Positions 34,388 to 43,738 of a stretch of 64,000 bases of DNA are shown here, piece after piece; the first letter of the stretch is position 1; every line of letters begins with the position of its first letter. Below the pieces are notes generated by a model. That model searched no databases, had not been told where the DNA came from, and worked only from the letters and a program-made list of their open reading frames with translations. The stretch is taken from contig CAWDML010000001.1 of the NCBI GenBank assembly GCA_963803435.1, forward strand, positions 1,792,001-1,856,000, in the 5' to 3' direction. The stretch comes from an uncultured delta proteobacterium. Lineage in GTDB: Bacteria; Myxococcota; Kuafuiibacteriia; Kuafuiibacteriales; Kuafuiibacteriaceae. A program made the position numbers and the translations under genes.

Positions 34388-36469
34388 ATGCGGCCCTCCC
34401 TGACCTGGCTCCTCGCGCTCCGCAATCTTCGCTCGGACTGGTTCGGGACCCTGTGTGCGATCTTCGGGGTCGCGCTGGGCGTGGCGACCGTCGACATCGT
34501 CCTCACCATCGACGTCAACACGCGCTACGTCGAGTCGAGGCGCTGGGAGACGAACCCGGACCTCGACATCGATCTGTCCCAGACCGTCCGCCTCACCGCG
34601 TACACGGCGGACGGAAGGAAGGTGACCGGCGAGGACGCCAAGAAGGAGACGCACGAGGACTATCAGGTGATGCGGTCGGCGATCCGTCTCGGATCGCTCT
34701 CCGCGTTCCTGGTGGGTGCGCTGATCGTGTTCTTCACCTTCCGCGTGGTGGTCGAGCAGAAGAAGCGAGAGGTGGCGCTCCTCAGGAGCCTGGGGGCGAT
34801 GCCCGGGCAGATCGCGCGCGTGTTCCTGCTCGAGGCGGTGATGATCGGGGTGGCGGGCGCGGTCATCGGAATGTTCGCCAGCGTGCCGATGGCGCTGGTC
34901 GCGGGCTGGTCTGGCATCAGCACCACCGGGCGCGTGAAGCTCTCCTGGCTCCACTTCCCCTGGAAGATCCTGATACTGGTTTCGGCGATCGGCGGCGTGA
35001 CCGCGGTGCTCGGCGTGCTCAAGCCGCTCCGCGACGTGCTCAAGCTCGACGTCCCCACGAACCTGCGACCGCAGTTCATGGAGAACGTCGAGGGCGTCGT
35101 GCCCAGGAAGGCCTCGGGGATCACGCTGATCGCGATCCCGTTCATGGTGCTCCTCTACGTGCTGGTGCGCCCGTTCTTCTTCGAGGTGCTCCCTTCGCTG
35201 GCGTTCTTCGTGCTCGAGTCGGGTCTGGTCTGCGCCGGGTTCCTGAGCATGCTGGTGCTGGTGCCGCAGATCGTGAGCACCGTGGGAGGGGTCGTGTCGC
35301 GCCTGCTCCCGGCGGGGCCGAAGGCGGCCCGCCTCCTCACCGCGCGCCGGATCCAGCGGGCCGGGCACGAGTTCTCCTGGGCCGTCAGCGGCGTGATGCT
35401 GGTCTTCTCGCTGCTCCTGTCGCTCCACATCGTGACCCGGTCGCTCAAGGAGGAGGTCGTCGCCTGGGCGCACGGCGCCATCCGCGACAACGCCTACGTC
35501 TTCACGCGGCGCGGCTTCCACGAGGTCCCGGACGAGCTCCTGGCGCGGGTCCCGGACCGGATCATCCGCGTCCCCTTCTCGGGGCGCTCGGCCTGGCCGA
35601 ACTGCCTGCTCGCGGTGGATCGGGAGGCCCTGGTGCGCTTCGCCGAGAGCGTCGGCCCGCAGGCCGCGGAGATTGCAAGGCGCCTTGCGCCGGGAAAGAT
35701 CCTCCTCTCGACGCTAATGGCGCGCCGGCTGGGCATCGGCGAGGGCGGCGTCGTCGAGGTGGTCGGCTCGACCCGAACGGCCCGGCTCTCGATCGTCGCG
35801 GTCACCGACGACATCGGCTACATGCCGATGATCGGACCCTATCGAGACAGCAAGACCTACGGGCTGATCGCCGCCGAGGACTTCGATCTCATCCAGCCGT
35901 ACACGGGGGCCCCGGGAGCCGGAGTCGCCCTGCGCGATCCGACCTGGAAAGGGGCCTCACCTCCGCCGTTCTGGGACGACCTCTTGAGGCCCGCGTTCGG
36001 GCAGTGGGGGATCCGGGTCGAGATCGGCTCCGAGTTCGAGCGGGACCGGATCGAGGAGACCGACCACGACTTCCTCATCTTCGACGTGATCCTGTTCTTG
36101 ACGGCCGTGCTGGCGGCGATCGGGATCGCGAACAACCTGGTGCTGTCGGCACACGTGCGAAGGCGCGAGATCGCGCTGTATCGCGTGCTGGGGATGAGGG
36201 CCGGGCAGATCCGCACGCTCTATCTGATGGAGGGCGCGTTCATCGGCGTGCTGGGCGGGATCATGGCGGCGATCCTGGGCGTGCCGCTCGGGTTCGCTGC
36301 GATCGGCGCGCTCGAGATCGTGTCGGCCTTCGACGTCCACTTCGTGCTCCCGCCGGCTTACGTGGCCTGGACGATCGCAGGCGCCGTGATCGTGTCGCTG
36401 ACCTCCGCGCTCTACCCGGCGGCGCGCGCCTCGGGGATGTCGAGCGCGGAGTCGGTGCACTACGAGTGA
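34388..36469 (+). CDS. ABC transporter permease (FtsX/MacB-like, two repeats)
   Basis: KREVALLRSLGA...QIARVFLLEA and RREIALYRVLGM...EG; ALYPAARAS. Confidence 0.9.
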   Translation: MRPSLTWLLALRNLRSDWFGTLCAIFGVALGVATVDIVLTIDVNTRYVESRRWETNPDLDIDLSQTVRLTAYTADGRKVTGEDAKKETHEDYQVMRSAIRLGSLSAFLVGALIVFFTFRVVVEQKKREVALLRSLGAMPGQIARVFLLEAVMIGVAGAVIGMFASVPMALVAGWSGISTTGRVKLSWLHFPWKILILVSAIGGVTAVLGVLKPLRDVLKLDVPTNLRPQFMENVEGVVPRKASGITLIAIPFMVLLYVLVRPFFFEVLPSLAFFVLESGLVCAGFLSMLVLVPQIVSTVGGVVSRLLPAGPKAARLLTARRIQRAGHEFSWAVSGVMLVFSLLLSLHIVTRSLKEEVVAWAHGAIRDNAYVFTRRGFHEVPDELLARVPDRIIRVPFSGRSAWPNCLLAVDREALVRFAESVGPQAAEIARRLAPGKILLSTLMARRLGIGEGGVVEVVGSTRTARLSIVAVTDDIGYMPMIGPYRDSKTYGLIAAEDFDLIQPYTGAPGAGVALRDPTWKGASPPPFWDDLLRPAFGQWGIRVEIGSEFERDRIEETDHDFLIFDVILFLTAVLAAIGIANNLVLSAHVRRREIALYRVLGMRAGQIRTLYLMEGAFIGVLGGIMAAILGVPLGFAAIGALEIVSAFDVHFVLPPAYVAWTIAGAVIVSLTSALYPAARASGMSSAESVHYE

Positions 36470-36473
36470 GCGA

Positions 36474-36896
36474 TCAGGGACACGGATCGAAGACGTCGGG
36501 GCCCGCAGTGCACGACCACGGCACCGCCCCGCACTCCGGATCACCGCGGCAGGTTCCGACCGCGCCGGTGCAGCCGTCCGGCTCGCACGTGCTCCTGACG
36601 CCGATGGCCGCGACGCACTCGGGATCATTCGAGCAACGGACATAGCGGCAGACACACTCGACACCGGTGTCCGGCGGGCCGGTGTCCGGCGGACCGATGT
36701 CCAGCGGGCCGGCGTCGCCGTCACCCGTGTCCGGCGGACCGCTGTCCACCGGCGGGGTCGCGTCCGCGTCACCCGCGTCGCCGGGGCCGGCGTCGGGCGC
36801 ACCGCTGTCGGCGATGCCCGCGTCGGGCGCCAGCTCAATCGTCTCGGTGCGACAGGCGACCAGCACCAGCGCGATGGCGAGGGTCAGTCGGAGCAT
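36474..36896 (-). CDS. Small Cys-rich lipoprotein
   Basis: Lipobox LVAC; DAG/DTGPP linker repeats; Cys-rich C-terminus. Confidence 0.7.
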   Translation of the reverse strand: MLRLTLAIALVLVACRTETIELAPDAGIADSGAPDAGPGDAGDADATPPVDSGPPDTGDGDAGPLDIGPPDTGPPDTGVECVCRYVRCSNDPECVAAIGVRSTCEPDGCTGAVGTCRGDPECGAVPWSCTAGPDVFDPCP

Positions 36897-38440
36897 CTCT
36901 CGAGGCGGGCGTCCACGTCGCTCCTCAGCGCGTCACCCGGATACCTCGCCAGAAACTCCGCGGCGAGCGCCTTGACGCGCGCACAGTCGCTGAAGACCTG
37001 CGCCACCCCGATCAGGCTCGCCAGCGCCTCGGCGTCGTGGACCGAGCTCGGGAACCGCTCCCGGAAGGAGCGCCAGCAGGCGTTGGCGTCGTCGTAGCGG
37101 CGGGTCTCGACGTCGATCTGGCAGAGGAGCCGCTGCCCCGACTCCGCCAGCGATACGTCCTGGCGCCGCTCGAGCAGGCGGACCAGCCGCGCGTGCGCCT
37201 CCTCGAGGCGACCGTCCTGGTGGTCGAGACGGGCCAGCTCGTACAGCGCCGACTCCGCCAGCGGATCCGTGGGGAACCGCGCCACCAGCCCCTCGAGGGC
37301 GTCGCGCGCCGCTGGCGGGCGCCCCTCGGCCAGGGCCGCCTCCGCGGATCGGTAGAGGGTCTCGGGCGTCTCTGCGGGCGCTACCGGAGCCGGCTTCACC
37401 CTGCGAGGCTGCGGCGCCACCCGGCGCGGCGGCGGCGCCGGTACCGGCTCCAGCGTGAACGCCACCTGGACCACGCCGCCCTCGGCCACCTCGACCGTCC
37501 GCTGATCCGGCTGATGCAACTCGGCTTGCACTTCGAGCCGATGCGTCCCGGCGGCCAGCCGCGCGATCAGCGGCGTCGGACCGAGCTCGGCACCGTCGAG
37601 GAGGGCCACCGAGCCCGGCGGCGATCCGTCGATCACCACCACCCCGGACGGATCGATGGGCGGCGCCAGCTGCGACGCCGCCAGCCGCGGCTCCACGAGC
37701 GACCCCGCCGGCCAGCTCTGCCCCCGCGTGATCGCCTCGACCACGCCGCGCTCGGCCACCTGGACGGTTCCCTCTCCCACGCTGACCCGCACCTGCGACG
37801 GATCGAGCCGATCGACGGCGAAGCGCGTCCCCAGCACCCGCACCGTCACGTCGCCGGCGCGGACCTCGAACGGGTGCGAGGCGTGAATGACGACCAGCCC
37901 CGCCTCGAGAACGAGCCCGCCCGCCTCGAGGCGCGCACGCCCGGGGCCGTACAAGGTGACCTCGCCCTGCCCCTCCATCACGGCCCGCACGCTCATGCCT
38001 TCGCCCGCCTCGATCGCGCCGGTCGCCGACAGCGCGGCGGTGCGGGTGCCCGAGGCCAGGAACGGGAGCATGCGAGGCTCGCCCGGGGTCGGCTCGAGCG
38101 CGGGGCGCGGCCAGATCCAGAGGAGGAGGAGCGCGGCGGCGACGGCGGCCGCCACCCAGACCGGTCTTTGCGCGAAGCGCCGGCCGCGCGGTGAGGAGAG
38201 CTCTGCGGCCGTACGGTCGAAGGTGGAGGCCAAGCGAGCGTGGATACGGGCGCGGGCCACGTCGTCGAGGGCGCGCGCGCCGATCAGGTGGAGCGAACGC
38301 CGGATCTCCTCCTCGCGCGACGAATGCTCCCGGCAGTCAGGGCAGCGGCTGCGATGCAGGGCGATCCTCTCCCGGTCGAGCGGCGCGTCCGTCACGGACT
38401 CTCGCGACTCGACGCAAGCTGGGTTGCCGCCGTATCTCAC
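36884..38440 (-). CDS. FecR-domain anti-sigma factor with zinc-finger-like N-terminus, PEGA and TPR domains
   Basis: HRSRCPDC (HxxxCxxC), TM helix, VRVLGTRFAV...VGEGTV, LGPTPL, TPR helices; GTGA overlap with the sigma stop. Confidence 0.85.
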   Translation of the reverse strand: MRYGGNPACVESRESVTDAPLDRERIALHRSRCPDCREHSSREEEIRRSLHLIGARALDDVARARIHARLASTFDRTAAELSSPRGRRFAQRPVWVAAAVAAALLLLWIWPRPALEPTPGEPRMLPFLASGTRTAALSATGAIEAGEGMSVRAVMEGQGEVTLYGPGRARLEAGGLVLEAGLVVIHASHPFEVRAGDVTVRVLGTRFAVDRLDPSQVRVSVGEGTVQVAERGVVEAITRGQSWPAGSLVEPRLAASQLAPPIDPSGVVVIDGSPPGSVALLDGAELGPTPLIARLAAGTHRLEVQAELHQPDQRTVEVAEGGVVQVAFTLEPVPAPPPRRVAPQPRRVKPAPVAPAETPETLYRSAEAALAEGRPPAARDALEGLVARFPTDPLAESALYELARLDHQDGRLEEAHARLVRLLERRQDVSLAESGQRLLCQIDVETRRYDDANACWRSFRERFPSSVHDAEALASLIGVAQVFSDCARVKALAAEFLARYPGDALRSDVDARLERCSD

Positions 38441-39078
38441 GCCCGCACCTCCTGCCGCCGCTTCTCCCGGGCGAGCATCTCGTCGAGCTCCCGCTTGGCG
38501 TGCCGAACCCGCTGGCCGACCGCCGCCGGACGGGCCTTCACGATCACGCCGATCTCCTCGAGCGAGAGCCCCTCCACCACCCGCAGGACGAACGCGATCC
38601 GCTTCTTCGGCTTGAGCCGGTCGAGGAACACCAGCGCCCGCACCAGCTCCTCGCGCTGCGACGCCGCCGTCTCGGGCGACACCTCGCCGGCCATCAGCAG
38701 CTCGGCGTCGATCGCCGTCTCCAGGTCGATCGGGATACGCCGCCGCTTGCGGAGGTGTCCGTAGGCGACGTTGACCACGACCCGGTAGAGCCAGGTGGAG
38801 AAGGCCGCCTCTCCGCGGAAGCGGCCGATCCCGCGGAACGCCGCCACGAACACCTCCTGCACCAGGTCCTCGCGGTCCGGATCGGGTCCGACCAGGCGGG
38901 TCATGCGGCGATGCACGTCGTCGGCGTGGCGGCGAAACAGGAGATCGAACGCGCGGCGGTCGCCGCGGCGGATCCGCTCGATCAGGCTCGAGTCGTCATC
39001 CTCCACCGCGACCGCGCGCAGCGGGAGCTGCACGCTCAGGAGTGCTCCCAGCGAGAGGGCGTCGGCGAGCACGGTCAC
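38437..39078 (-). CDS. ECF RNA polymerase sigma factor
   Basis: EDLVQEVF, FRGEAAFSTWLYRVVVN, region 4 EGLSLEEIG...VGQRVRHA. Confidence 0.93.
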   Translation of the reverse strand: MTVLADALSLGALLSVQLPLRAVAVEDDDSSLIERIRRGDRRAFDLLFRRHADDVHRRMTRLVGPDPDREDLVQEVFVAAFRGIGRFRGEAAFSTWLYRVVVNVAYGHLRKRRRIPIDLETAIDAELLMAGEVSPETAASQREELVRALVFLDRLKPKKRIAFVLRVVEGLSLEEIGVIVKARPAAVGQRVRHAKRELDEMLAREKRRQEVRA

Positions 39079-39995
39079 TCGAACGCTCCCCAGGACAGAC
39101 CGATCGCCGCCGCTCCGGCGACACGCTCCGTCACGAGGATGCGATCGCCGCCCACCGTGAAGTCCTGCCGCCGCAGGTAGACCGTGGCAGCCAGCCCGAG
39201 CTCGAGCCCAAAGCCGCCTCCCAGGTCGAACGCGTACAGCCCGGCCGCCTCGATCCCCGGCAGCACGTCGCGCCTCGAGACGGTGATCGCTCCGGCGCCG
39301 CCGTCGAGGAAGTAGACCTCGACGACGCCGAGCGCGCGCACCTCCCAGCGGGCACCCGGCAGCGAGAGCCCCAGCCCGGCAACCGCCACGAACGCGCGAT
39401 AGCGGATCGAGAGGTCGTCGCGCCGCGACGACGGCGCCGCGAACACACCGCCGGCGGAGACCACGACGCGGAGCGGATCCGCCAGCGCGATCGATGCGTC
39501 GACCATGGCTCCCAGGCGCGCGCGGCCGAACGGGGGACCGGCGGCGCCACGAAGGTACGCACCGACCACCAGCGGCGGCGAGGCGGACGGCGGATGAGGC
39601 GCGCGCGGCACGGGCGGTGGCGGCGCCCCCTCGGCGACCGTCGCGGTGAGCGCAGGCGGCACGTCCTCGAGCGGGGGCAAGCCGACGGTCACCGGCTCGC
39701 GAACCAGGTCGGAGACGACCAGCGCGATACGGCGGGCCGCGGCCACGCCGGTCGCGTCCCCCAGCGGGACCGGACGCACCTCGCCCCGGTACTCGACCTC
39801 GACGTTGCGCTCGGCAGCCCGGACCGTCACCAGGTCGGGGGCCGCACTGGAGAGCCCGACGCGCAGCGCCACCGCCTCGCGCAGGACCTCGTCACCACAG
39901 GGGAGCTGGCCTTCGACCTCGAGCCGCACAGTGTCTCCGGCCGAAGCTGATGAAGTGCCGAGGGTCAGCGCGACCAGGATCCACTCGAGCGACAC
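39075..39995 (-). CDS. Secreted protein with C-terminal beta-barrel-like domain in the ECF operon
   Basis: Signal peptide, Pro linker, beta-strand pattern; 4-bp overlap with the sigma start. Confidence 0.65.
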   Translation of the reverse strand: MSLEWILVALTLGTSSASAGDTVRLEVEGQLPCGDEVLREAVALRVGLSSAAPDLVTVRAAERNVEVEYRGEVRPVPLGDATGVAAARRIALVVSDLVREPVTVGLPPLEDVPPALTATVAEGAPPPPVPRAPHPPSASPPLVVGAYLRGAAGPPFGRARLGAMVDASIALADPLRVVVSAGGVFAAPSSRRDDLSIRYRAFVAVAGLGLSLPGARWEVRALGVVEVYFLDGGAGAITVSRRDVLPGIEAAGLYAFDLGGGFGLELGLAATVYLRRQDFTVGGDRILVTERVAGAAAIGLSWGAFE

Positions 39996-40100
39996 CCCAC
40001 CGTTAGGGCCCTTTGCTTCATTGGTCGTTCATGGACGTCCCGATCGAAAATTTTTTTTCGACTTCCGGCCGGACCGCAATCTGACGGCCCCGGAGGCATC

Positions 40101-41288
40101 ATGAAGCTCAGGCTCTCTTCTCTTCTTCTCCTCGTCCTGGCCGCGGCCTGTAACGGATCCGAACAGCAGACCGGCCAGACCAGCCACAGCATCCAACGCA
40201 TTCCCTGTCAGGCGACCCCCGATTGCGTCGCCCGGGGCGGGATGTGTGTGTCCGGCCAGTGTGTCGCGGACAACGAGTGCACGACCGACACCGACTGCAG
40301 CAACGGCGACGTGTGCACCACCGACACGAACTTCGGCGGCCTGTGCGGCGCCGCCGGGAGCACTCCGCTGCCGGGACCGGCATGGGCTTGCGCCGTCGAC
40401 GCCGATTGTCCCACGGGTCAGAGCTGTACCCGCGGCACCTGCGGCGCGGCTCCGCCTCCACCGCCACCGAGCGAGGACTGCACCAACGGCGTCGACGACG
40501 ACGGCGACGGCGACATCGACTGCGCCGACAGCGACTGTCTTCGCAACCTGGCTTGCGTTCCGCCCACCGAAGACTGCGTGAACGGAGCCGACGACGACGG
40601 TGACGGCGACATCGACTGCGCCGACAGCGACTGCGCCGCCGATCCGACCTGCCAGCCGCCGCCGCCGCCGGCCGAGGACTGCACCAACGGCATCGACGAC
40701 AACGGAGACGGCGACGTCGACTGCGCCGACATTCAGTGCATCCGCGAGCCCGTCTGCCAGGGTCCGGGCTGCAACGGGTTCAACTGCCCCTGCGACGTGC
40801 TGCTCCAGGACTGCGCCGACCCCGGCGACCGCTGCTACGTGGGCGGCCCCGACAGCGCCGACGGCCAGTGCTATCCGACGGGCGGCCAGGGCGACGGCGA
40901 CGCGTGTATCGAGCCGCCGGTCGACACGCCGGACGCCTGCACCGCCGGTCTGCTCTGCATCTTCGAGGCGGAGACTGATCCCACCGGCGTCTGCCGGACC
41001 ATCTGCGCCACCGCCGCCGACTGCGCGCCGGGCGAGCTCTGCTACGCGCTGTTCCCGCAGCCCACGAACTTCGGCGTGTGCCACCCGCCGCAGGCAGAGG
41101 TCTGCAGCAACGGCCTGGACGACGACTCGGACGGCGACACCGACTGCGCAGACAGCGACTGCGCCGCCGACCCCAGCTGCCTGCCGCCGCCGCCCCCGGA
41201 GATCTGCACCAACGGGATCGACGACGACGGTGACGGCGATGTCGACTGCGCGGACTTCGACTGCACGCGAGACCCGGCCTGTCCGTAG
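40101..41288 (+). CDS. Cys-rich lipoprotein with five EDC.NG.DDDGDG..DCAD.DC repeats
   Basis: Lipobox LAAAC; repeated acidic/Cys putative metal-binding motifs; SD GGAGG. Confidence 0.85.
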   Translation: MKLRLSSLLLLVLAAACNGSEQQTGQTSHSIQRIPCQATPDCVARGGMCVSGQCVADNECTTDTDCSNGDVCTTDTNFGGLCGAAGSTPLPGPAWACAVDADCPTGQSCTRGTCGAAPPPPPPSEDCTNGVDDDGDGDIDCADSDCLRNLACVPPTEDCVNGADDDGDGDIDCADSDCAADPTCQPPPPPAEDCTNGIDDNGDGDVDCADIQCIREPVCQGPGCNGFNCPCDVLLQDCADPGDRCYVGGPDSADGQCYPTGGQGDGDACIEPPVDTPDACTAGLLCIFEAETDPTGVCRTICATAADCAPGELCYALFPQPTNFGVCHPPQAEVCSNGLDDDSDGDTDCADSDCAADPSCLPPPPPEICTNGIDDDGDGDVDCADFDCTRDPACP

Positions 41289-41303
41289 GCGTCTGGCGTG
41301 TCC

Positions 41304-41340
41304 CGTGAGCGTGACCGCGACCGCGACCCTGACGTGAGCG
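41304..41340 (+). repeat. Degenerate CGTGAG/CGCGAC hexamer tract next to element copy 2
   Basis: cgtgagcgtgaccgcgaccgcgaccctgacgtgagcg, just outside the CTAG. Confidence 0.5.
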
Positions 41341-41434
41341 CCCGCTAGGAGCGTGTAGCGCGTAAGCGCTCACGCGACCCCGGTCCGGGTCCCGGTCCCG
41401 GTCCGGGTCCCGATCTGAAGATGGCTGCCTTGAG

Positions 41435-41878
41435 TCAGACGCTCGCGACGGTCGCGAGCTTCGATCGGTAGAGCTCGAGCAGGTTGTGGGTGAGGCAGAC
41501 GAGCGTCCCCTCGGCTCGTACCTTGAAGAAGGAGCGTAGCGAGAACCGGCGGAATCCTCGTGCCGCTTTGATCTGTCCGAGCGCCGGTTCGACGATACTC
41601 TTCCTGCGGGCGTAGTGTTCGGGTCCAACAGCGATGTGGGCATCGATCTGATTGTTGTCGCAGAATTCGATGTTGGTCGCGCTCGGATAGCCGTTGTCTG
41701 CCGTCATCTTCCGCGGAGCATCGCCGCAGTTGCCGAACACATCACGGAGCATCGGGACGAGGTGTTGCTGATCAGGTGCCTGGTTGCTGACCCCTTCGGC
41801 GACAATCACCTGAGCGTGCTCATCTACGACAACTTGGGCATTGTAGGCCTGGAGGTACGCTCCATCCTTCAACATGAT
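41435..41878 (-). pseudogene. IS1182 transposase C-terminal part
   Basis: QAYNAQVVVD, TADNGY, YARRKSIVEPALGQIK, HNLL. Confidence 0.88.
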
Positions 41879-42267
41879 TCGACCAAGAGGAAGACGAGCG
41901 GCTGGGCGTTGAAGAGACTGAAGAGGACATCCCAGCGGAGCTCGCTCGCCGTGAATCCCGCCTTGCCCGCCTTCGAGAAGCGAAGGCTGCGCTGGAACAG
42001 GATGCCGCCAGGGCTCGCGCGGAGAAATTGCGCAGGCAAGCCGAAGAGCAGCGGAGCAAAGCGGATGATGCTCTTGTGGATCGGGTGGAGCAGAAGCGAG
42101 CGAGAACTCGAGCCGAGAAGGCAAGAGCGCAGGCTGACCAGCTCGAACCATCCCCAGACCCAACTGAACGAAATGATGGATGGCCGCATCATCGCGTTCC
42201 TGCAAATGTGGACGGCACACCGAGGCCCAACGCTCAGAGGAACTTCACCGACTCAGACAGCAGGATC
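41879..42267 (+). pseudogene. Inverted internal IS1182 transposase fragment
   Basis: Near-identical to ~17094-17482 (DQEEDERLG...NFTDSDSRI) but opposite in orientation to the rest of this copy's transposase. Confidence 0.85.
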
Positions 42268-42281
42268 GTTGGGCGGATCGA

Positions 42282-42629
42282 AAGCTCGAGGTCTACCAGC
42301 TCGCCGTCGAGTATGCCGACATCGCTGAAGAGATCGCACAAGAACTTGCAACCCGGTCACGCTCACGTCCGCGATCAGCTCGGCGGGCATCCGATTCCAT
42401 CGTGAACAACACCGCCGAGGGCGCCGGAGAGTTCAATCCACCTGAGAAGGCTCGCTTCTACCGGATGGCACTTCGCTCTGGCACCGAAAGCGCCGCCTCA
42501 CTCCACACCTGCTTGAGGCGCCGACTCCCCAACGAGCAGAAGGTCCAAGCCGCCAGAGCCAAGCTCAAGCGCGTTGTCGAGATGCTCACGCGCCTCATCA
42601 AGTCGATGAACGCACGCCGGGCTGCATGA
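42282..42629 (+). pseudogene. Four-helix-bundle gene lacking its native start, with compensating +1/-1 indels
   Basis: KLEVYQLAVEY...RASDSIVNNTAEGAGE...LTRLIKSMNARRAA*. Confidence 0.85.
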
Positions 42630-42707
42630 TCGCCATCGGGCCATCGAGACCGGGACCCGGACCGGGACCCGGACCGGGCTCGCGGTAGCGCTACGCGCTA
42701 CACGCTC

Positions 42708-43685
42708 CTAGTCCTCAGCGGGCGCCCACCCCCCACCCCCCGACGTGATCTCCGATGGTGCGATCTTCGAGAAGTCGAACTTCCTCGCCCTCGCCTGCAT
42801 CTTCTCGATCACCTCGTGAAACTCGCCCGAGGCCTGCGCCCCCCGGATCGGATTGATCCGCGACACCACGAATGTCTTCAAGTACGGGCTGACGAAGCCG
42901 GCCTTCTTCATCTTTCCCACGACCTCGTTGACGGCGTCGTCGAGCTCGAGCACCGCATCGGCGCGGGCCTCGCGCTCGACGATGCACTCCGAGATCGGGT
43001 CGTCGAAGTAGCCCTCCACCTTCTTGAGAATCGGGTGGTAGGTCGACCCGGCGAAGCGCGGTCGCTTCTCGTAGGCAGCGCCGATGGTGAGGTACGACGG
43101 CTCCTCGAACTCGTTCTCGAACTGCGTCTCCGGGGGATCGCCCAGCTCGACCAGGGCGCGCGCCATTCGGATCACCTCGAGGGAGCGGTCCTTGAGGTTG
43201 GGAGACTTCTCCGTGTTGAGGGCCAGGATCTGATACGCGAGCTCGGCCGTCGGGATCAGCACGCCCAGGATCGTGCGCGCTCCCAGGCGCCGCATCGCCT
43301 CCCAGCGGTGATGTCCGTTCGGCGTCGCGTACGCGCCCTCGCCCGTCCGCACCACGATGATGGGATCGAGGTACCGCTGCATGCGATCGATCGCCGAGAT
43401 CAACTTCTTGACGTGGGTGTCGGAGAGATCGCGCTGGAACTCGATCGGCTTCACCAGCTCCAGCGGGAGCGCCACCACGAGCTGCCAGTGTCCGCCGAAA
43501 GGATCCCGATATCGCGCCAGCACCGTGCCGCCGTCCGCCTCCACGCGCTGCGCCAGCGCGTCGATCTCCGCGGGCGCCTCCTCGACGACCTCCGCCGGGC
43601 TCAAGCCGACAGTGGCGGCCCCCGCCTTCTTCCTCCGCGCCTTCTTCTTCGCCTTCTTCTTGCTCGCCGTCTTCTTGGTCGCCAT
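42708..43685 (-). CDS. ParB/Srx N-terminal-domain protein with Lys-rich N-terminal tail
   Basis: FQRDLSDTH, YLDPII, TPNGHHRWEA, LNTEK; the stop TAG lies within the element's CTAG. Confidence 0.85.
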   Translation of the reverse strand: MATKKTASKKKAKKKARRKKAGAATVGLSPAEVVEEAPAEIDALAQRVEADGGTVLARYRDPFGGHWQLVVALPLELVKPIEFQRDLSDTHVKKLISAIDRMQRYLDPIIVVRTGEGAYATPNGHHRWEAMRRLGARTILGVLIPTAELAYQILALNTEKSPNLKDRSLEVIRMARALVELGDPPETQFENEFEEPSYLTIGAAYEKRPRFAGSTYHPILKKVEGYFDDPISECIVEREARADAVLELDDAVNEVVGKMKKAGFVSPYLKTFVVSRINPIRGAQASGEFHEVIEKMQARARKFDFSKIAPSEITSGGGGWAPAED

Positions 43686-43738
43686 GGAGGGCCCGGAAGC
43701 TAGCACGCAGGTCGGAGCTGGCCCACAATGCCCCGCCC

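Larger units (their letters stand above)
41345..42711. mobile_element. IS1182-derived composite element, copy 2 (deletions plus internal inversion)
   Basis: CTAG at 41345-41348 and 42708-42711; 66/65 bp inverted repeats at 41349-41414 and 42643-42707. Confidence 0.9.

Noticed and set aside
40470-41260. Repeated GACGACGACGGCGACGGCGACATCGACTGCGCCGAC units as a CRISPR-like array
   Set aside because: They are in-frame coding repeats of a Cys/Asp-rich lipoprotein with irregular spacing, and no cas genes are present.
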